Origin: an uncultured Acidimicrobiales bacterium
GTDB lineage: Bacteria > Actinomycetota > Acidimicrobiia > Acidimicrobiales > UBA8190
Direction of reading: 5' to 3'
Length of the DNA: 24,000 bases
Assembly: GCA_963810195.1 (NCBI GenBank)
Contig: CAWEMO010000002.1
Location: 442,824 to 466,823 of the forward strand
Shown here one piece after another: positions 21,690 to 24,000 of the stretch (position 1 is the first letter of the stretch; each line of letters begins with the position of its first letter). A program made the position numbers and the translations under genes. The notes under the pieces are model-generated. The model was not told where the DNA came from and searched no databases. It saw nothing but the letters and a program-made list of their open reading frames with translations.

Positions 21690-21823
21690 GACCCGACCAT
21701 AACGCGCCGGGTGCGCTTCGTGGGCTCCGTGCCGTGTCCTCCGGGCGGCGCCGGGTGTCCGAACCTGGGGATTCCCGCTCGAGGCACGAGAGGGCCGCGA
21801 CCGGGCCGTTAGGCTGGGGGGCC

Positions 21824-23509
21824 ATGGAATCCACGCCCCACGAGGACCTCGACGGGGGGCGGACGCGATGGCAGGAGGCGTACGAGTCCTCCACTCTGCG
21901 GGACGCCGATTTCGAGACGATGTCGGGCATCCCGCTCGAGCCCGTCTACGGTCCCGCCGACTGGCCCGAGGACCGGGCGGCGCCGCGTCTGGGCTGGCCC
22001 GGAGTCCCCCCTTACACCCGGGGGCCCTATGCGTCGATGTACCGGTCGAAGCTCTGGACGATGCGGCTGTTCGCCGGTTTCGGGACGGCCGAGGACACCA
22101 ACGTGCGCTTCCGTGAACTGCTGCGGGCGGGTAGCGACGGGCTGTCGGTGGCCTTCGACCTGCCGACGCTCATGGGCCGGGACTCCGACGACCCTCTCAC
22201 CGAGGGTGAGGTGGGGCGTTGCGGGGTCGCGGTGGACACCCTCGCGGACGCCGAAGACCTCTTCGCCGGCATCGACCTCGGCTCGGTGACGACGTCGATG
22301 ACGATCAACTCGCCCGCCCCCATCCTGATGGCCATGTACGTGGCCGCGGCCGAAAAGGCCGGCGTGGCGCGTGGCGCCCTGGGGGGAACTCTCCAGAACG
22401 ACATCCTGAAGGAGTACCAGGCCCAGAAGGAGTACATCTTCCCGCCGCGGCCCTCCATGCGCCTCGTCGTCGACGTCGTGCGCTTCTGTGCCGCCGAGAT
22501 GCCGAGGTTCCATCCTGTGTCGGTGTCGGGCTACCACATCCGCGAGGCCGGATCGACAGCCGCGCAGGAGCTGGCGTTCACCCTCGCCAACGGCTTCGCC
22601 TACGTGGAGGCCGTCATGGCGGCGGGGCTCTCAGTCGACGAGTTCGCCCCTCGGTTGAGCTTCTTCTTCAACGCCCATCTCGACTTCTTCGAGGAGATCG
22701 CCAAGTACCGCGCCGCGCGCCGCATCTGGGCGCGCTGGATGGCCGGCCGCTACCACGCCCATGCGCCGCGTTCGACCCAGCTTCGGTTCCACACCCAGAC
22801 CGCCGGCGTGTCGCTCACGGCTCAGCAGCCCGAGGTCAACATCGTCCGCACCGCCATCGAGGCACTGGCGGGCGTCCTGGGCGGGACACAGAGCCTGCAC
22901 ACCAATTCGATGGACGAGGTGCTGGCCCTGCCTACCGAGAAGGCGGCGCGCATCGCGCTGCGCACGCAGCAGGTCCTCGCCTACGAGACCGGTGTCACGA
23001 ACGTCTCGGACCCGCTCGGGGGGTCGTGGTTCGTCGAGTCGCTCACCGACGAGATCGAGCGCCAGGCCGAGGAGACCTTCGCCCGGCTCGACGAGTGGGG
23101 CGGGGGCTCGATGCTCGAAGGCGTCCTGTACGGGATCGAGCACAACTGGTTCCAGGGCGAGATCGCAGATGCCGCCTACGTGTTCCAGCGCAAGGTGGCG
23201 GCCGGCCGCAGGACCGTCGTGGGGGTGAACGCCTTCACCGAGGGGAGCGAGGAGCCCGCGCCTCCCACGCTGCACATCGGGCCCGAGGTGGACGAGGCCC
23301 AACGCAAGCGCCTGTCGGCGGTCCGTCAGCGGCGTGACCAGCAGCAGGTCGACGCCGCGCTGGCGGTGCTGTCCGCCAGCGCGGTGGCGTCGGAGGTGAA
23401 CCTCATGCCCGCCATCCTCGACGCGGCGCGTGCGTACGCCACGGTGGGCGAGATCGTCGGAGCCCTGGCGTCGGTCTTCGGCCGGTGGGCCGAGAACCCG
23501 GTCGTCTGA
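21824..23509 (+). CDS. B12-dependent acyl-CoA mutase large subunit (methylmalonyl-CoA mutase family; ICM-like active-site residues)
   Basis: ATG 21824 inside ORF 21668-23509. '[18 protein letters not shown]', '[19 protein letters not shown]', '[20 protein letters not shown]', '[12 protein letters not shown]'. Ends without a cobalamin-binding DxHxxG domain, so it is a split-type mutase. Confidence 0.93.
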   Translation: MESTPHEDLDGGRTRWQEAYESSTLRDADFETMSGIPLEPVYGPADWPEDRAAPRLGWPGVPPYTRGPYASMYRSKLWTMRLFAGFGTAEDTNVRFRELLRAGSDGLSVAFDLPTLMGRDSDDPLTEGEVGRCGVAVDTLADAEDLFAGIDLGSVTTSMTINSPAPILMAMYVAAAEKAGVARGALGGTLQNDILKEYQAQKEYIFPPRPSMRLVVDVVRFCAAEMPRFHPVSVSGYHIREAGSTAAQELAFTLANGFAYVEAVMAAGLSVDEFAPRLSFFFNAHLDFFEEIAKYRAARRIWARWMAGRYHAHAPRSTQLRFHTQTAGVSLTAQQPEVNIVRTAIEALAGVLGGTQSLHTNSMDEVLALPTEKAARIALRTQQVLAYETGVTNVSDPLGGSWFVESLTDEIERQAEETFARLDEWGGGSMLEGVLYGIEHNWFQGEIADAAYVFQRKVAAGRRTVVGVNAFTEGSEEPAPPTLHIGPEVDEAQRKRLSAVRQRRDQQQVDAALAVLSASAVASEVNLMPAILDAARAYATVGEIVGALASVFGRWAENPVV

Positions 23510-23523
23510 CCAGGTCGGGACGG

Positions 23524-24000
23524 ATGGAGCGCTTTGTCGTGCGCCCGGGGGGGCCGCTGCACGGGACGGTGCGCGCCGGCGGGGCGAAGAACTCCGCGCT
23601 CAAGCTGATGGCGGCGTGCTTGTTGGCCCCGGGGCGCCACGTCCTGGCCGGGGTGCCGCGCATCGTGGACGTCGAGATCATGGCCGAGGTGCTCGGCGCC
23701 ATCGGCGCACAGGTGGGGCGCGGCCCCGACGGGCCCGGAGGCGGCCCCGGGGACCTCGTCGTGGACACGCCGGCGACGCTCGTCCCCGCCGCGCCGTACG
23801 AGCTCGTCGAGAAGATGCGCGCCTCGGTCGTGGTGCTCGGGCCGCTCCTGGCGCGCTCGGGACGGGCCAGCGTGTCGCTCCCCGGTGGCGACGACTTCGG
23901 CAACCGTCCCATCGACATCCACCTTCACGGCCTGTCGACGCTGGGAGCGGTGTTCGAGACGGTGCACGGCAACATCGAGGGCCGCGTGCCCGGTGGTGCG
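23524..24000 (+). CDS. murA: UDP-N-acetylglucosamine 1-carboxyvinyltransferase, N-terminal part (runs off right edge)
   Basis: 'MERFVVRPGGPLHGTVRAGGAKNSALKLMAACLLAPG' and 'EKMRASVVVLGPLLARSGRASVSLPGGDDFGNRPIDIHLHGLSTLG'. Confidence 0.93.
   Translation, partial: MERFVVRPGGPLHGTVRAGGAKNSALKLMAACLLAPGRHVLAGVPRIVDVEIMAEVLGAIGAQVGRGPDGPGGGPGDLVVDTPATLVPAAPYELVEKMRASVVVLGPLLARSGRASVSLPGGDDFGNRPIDIHLHGLSTLGAVFETVHGNIEGRVPGGA

Noticed and set aside
22219-23337. Plus-strand ORF overlapping the acyl-CoA mutase in another frame
   Set aside because: Arg/Gly/His-rich out-of-frame translation of the conserved mutase gene.

Overview
High-GC actinobacterial chromosome segment, probably Acidimicrobiia-like (inferred from composition and gene order). 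It is almost entirely housekeeping. Left to right: 3' end of homoserine dehydrogenase, thrC, rho, rpmE, prfA, prmC, a Sua5/TsaC-type gene, an NTF2/limonene-epoxide-hydrolase-like protein, a minus-strand thiolase-like protein, rpiB, glyA, a WecA/TagO-type glycosyl-1-phosphate transferase, a complete F1Fo ATP synthase operon (atpZ-like, atpI-like, atpBEFHAGDC), a minus-strand methyltransferase and glpX, a split B12-dependent acyl-CoA mutase large subunit, and the 5' part of murA. The order follows the mycobacterial thrC-thrB-rho-rpmE-prfA-hemK-sua5-rfe-atp...murA neighbourhood, with genes lost (thrB) and inserted. I found no CRISPR array, prophage, transposon, toxin-antitoxin or defence locus, and nothing I can call a new biological system. 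The most useful observations are at residue or domain level: Phe/Gln ICM-type residues in a mutase likely to be annotated as MCM, Cys-to-Asp in MurA, Met at the bedaquiline position of AtpE, a duplicated delta-subunit domain, a thiolase-like protein without the nucleophilic Cys, and a 13-bp tandem repeat that places TAG stops in all three frames after atpB.
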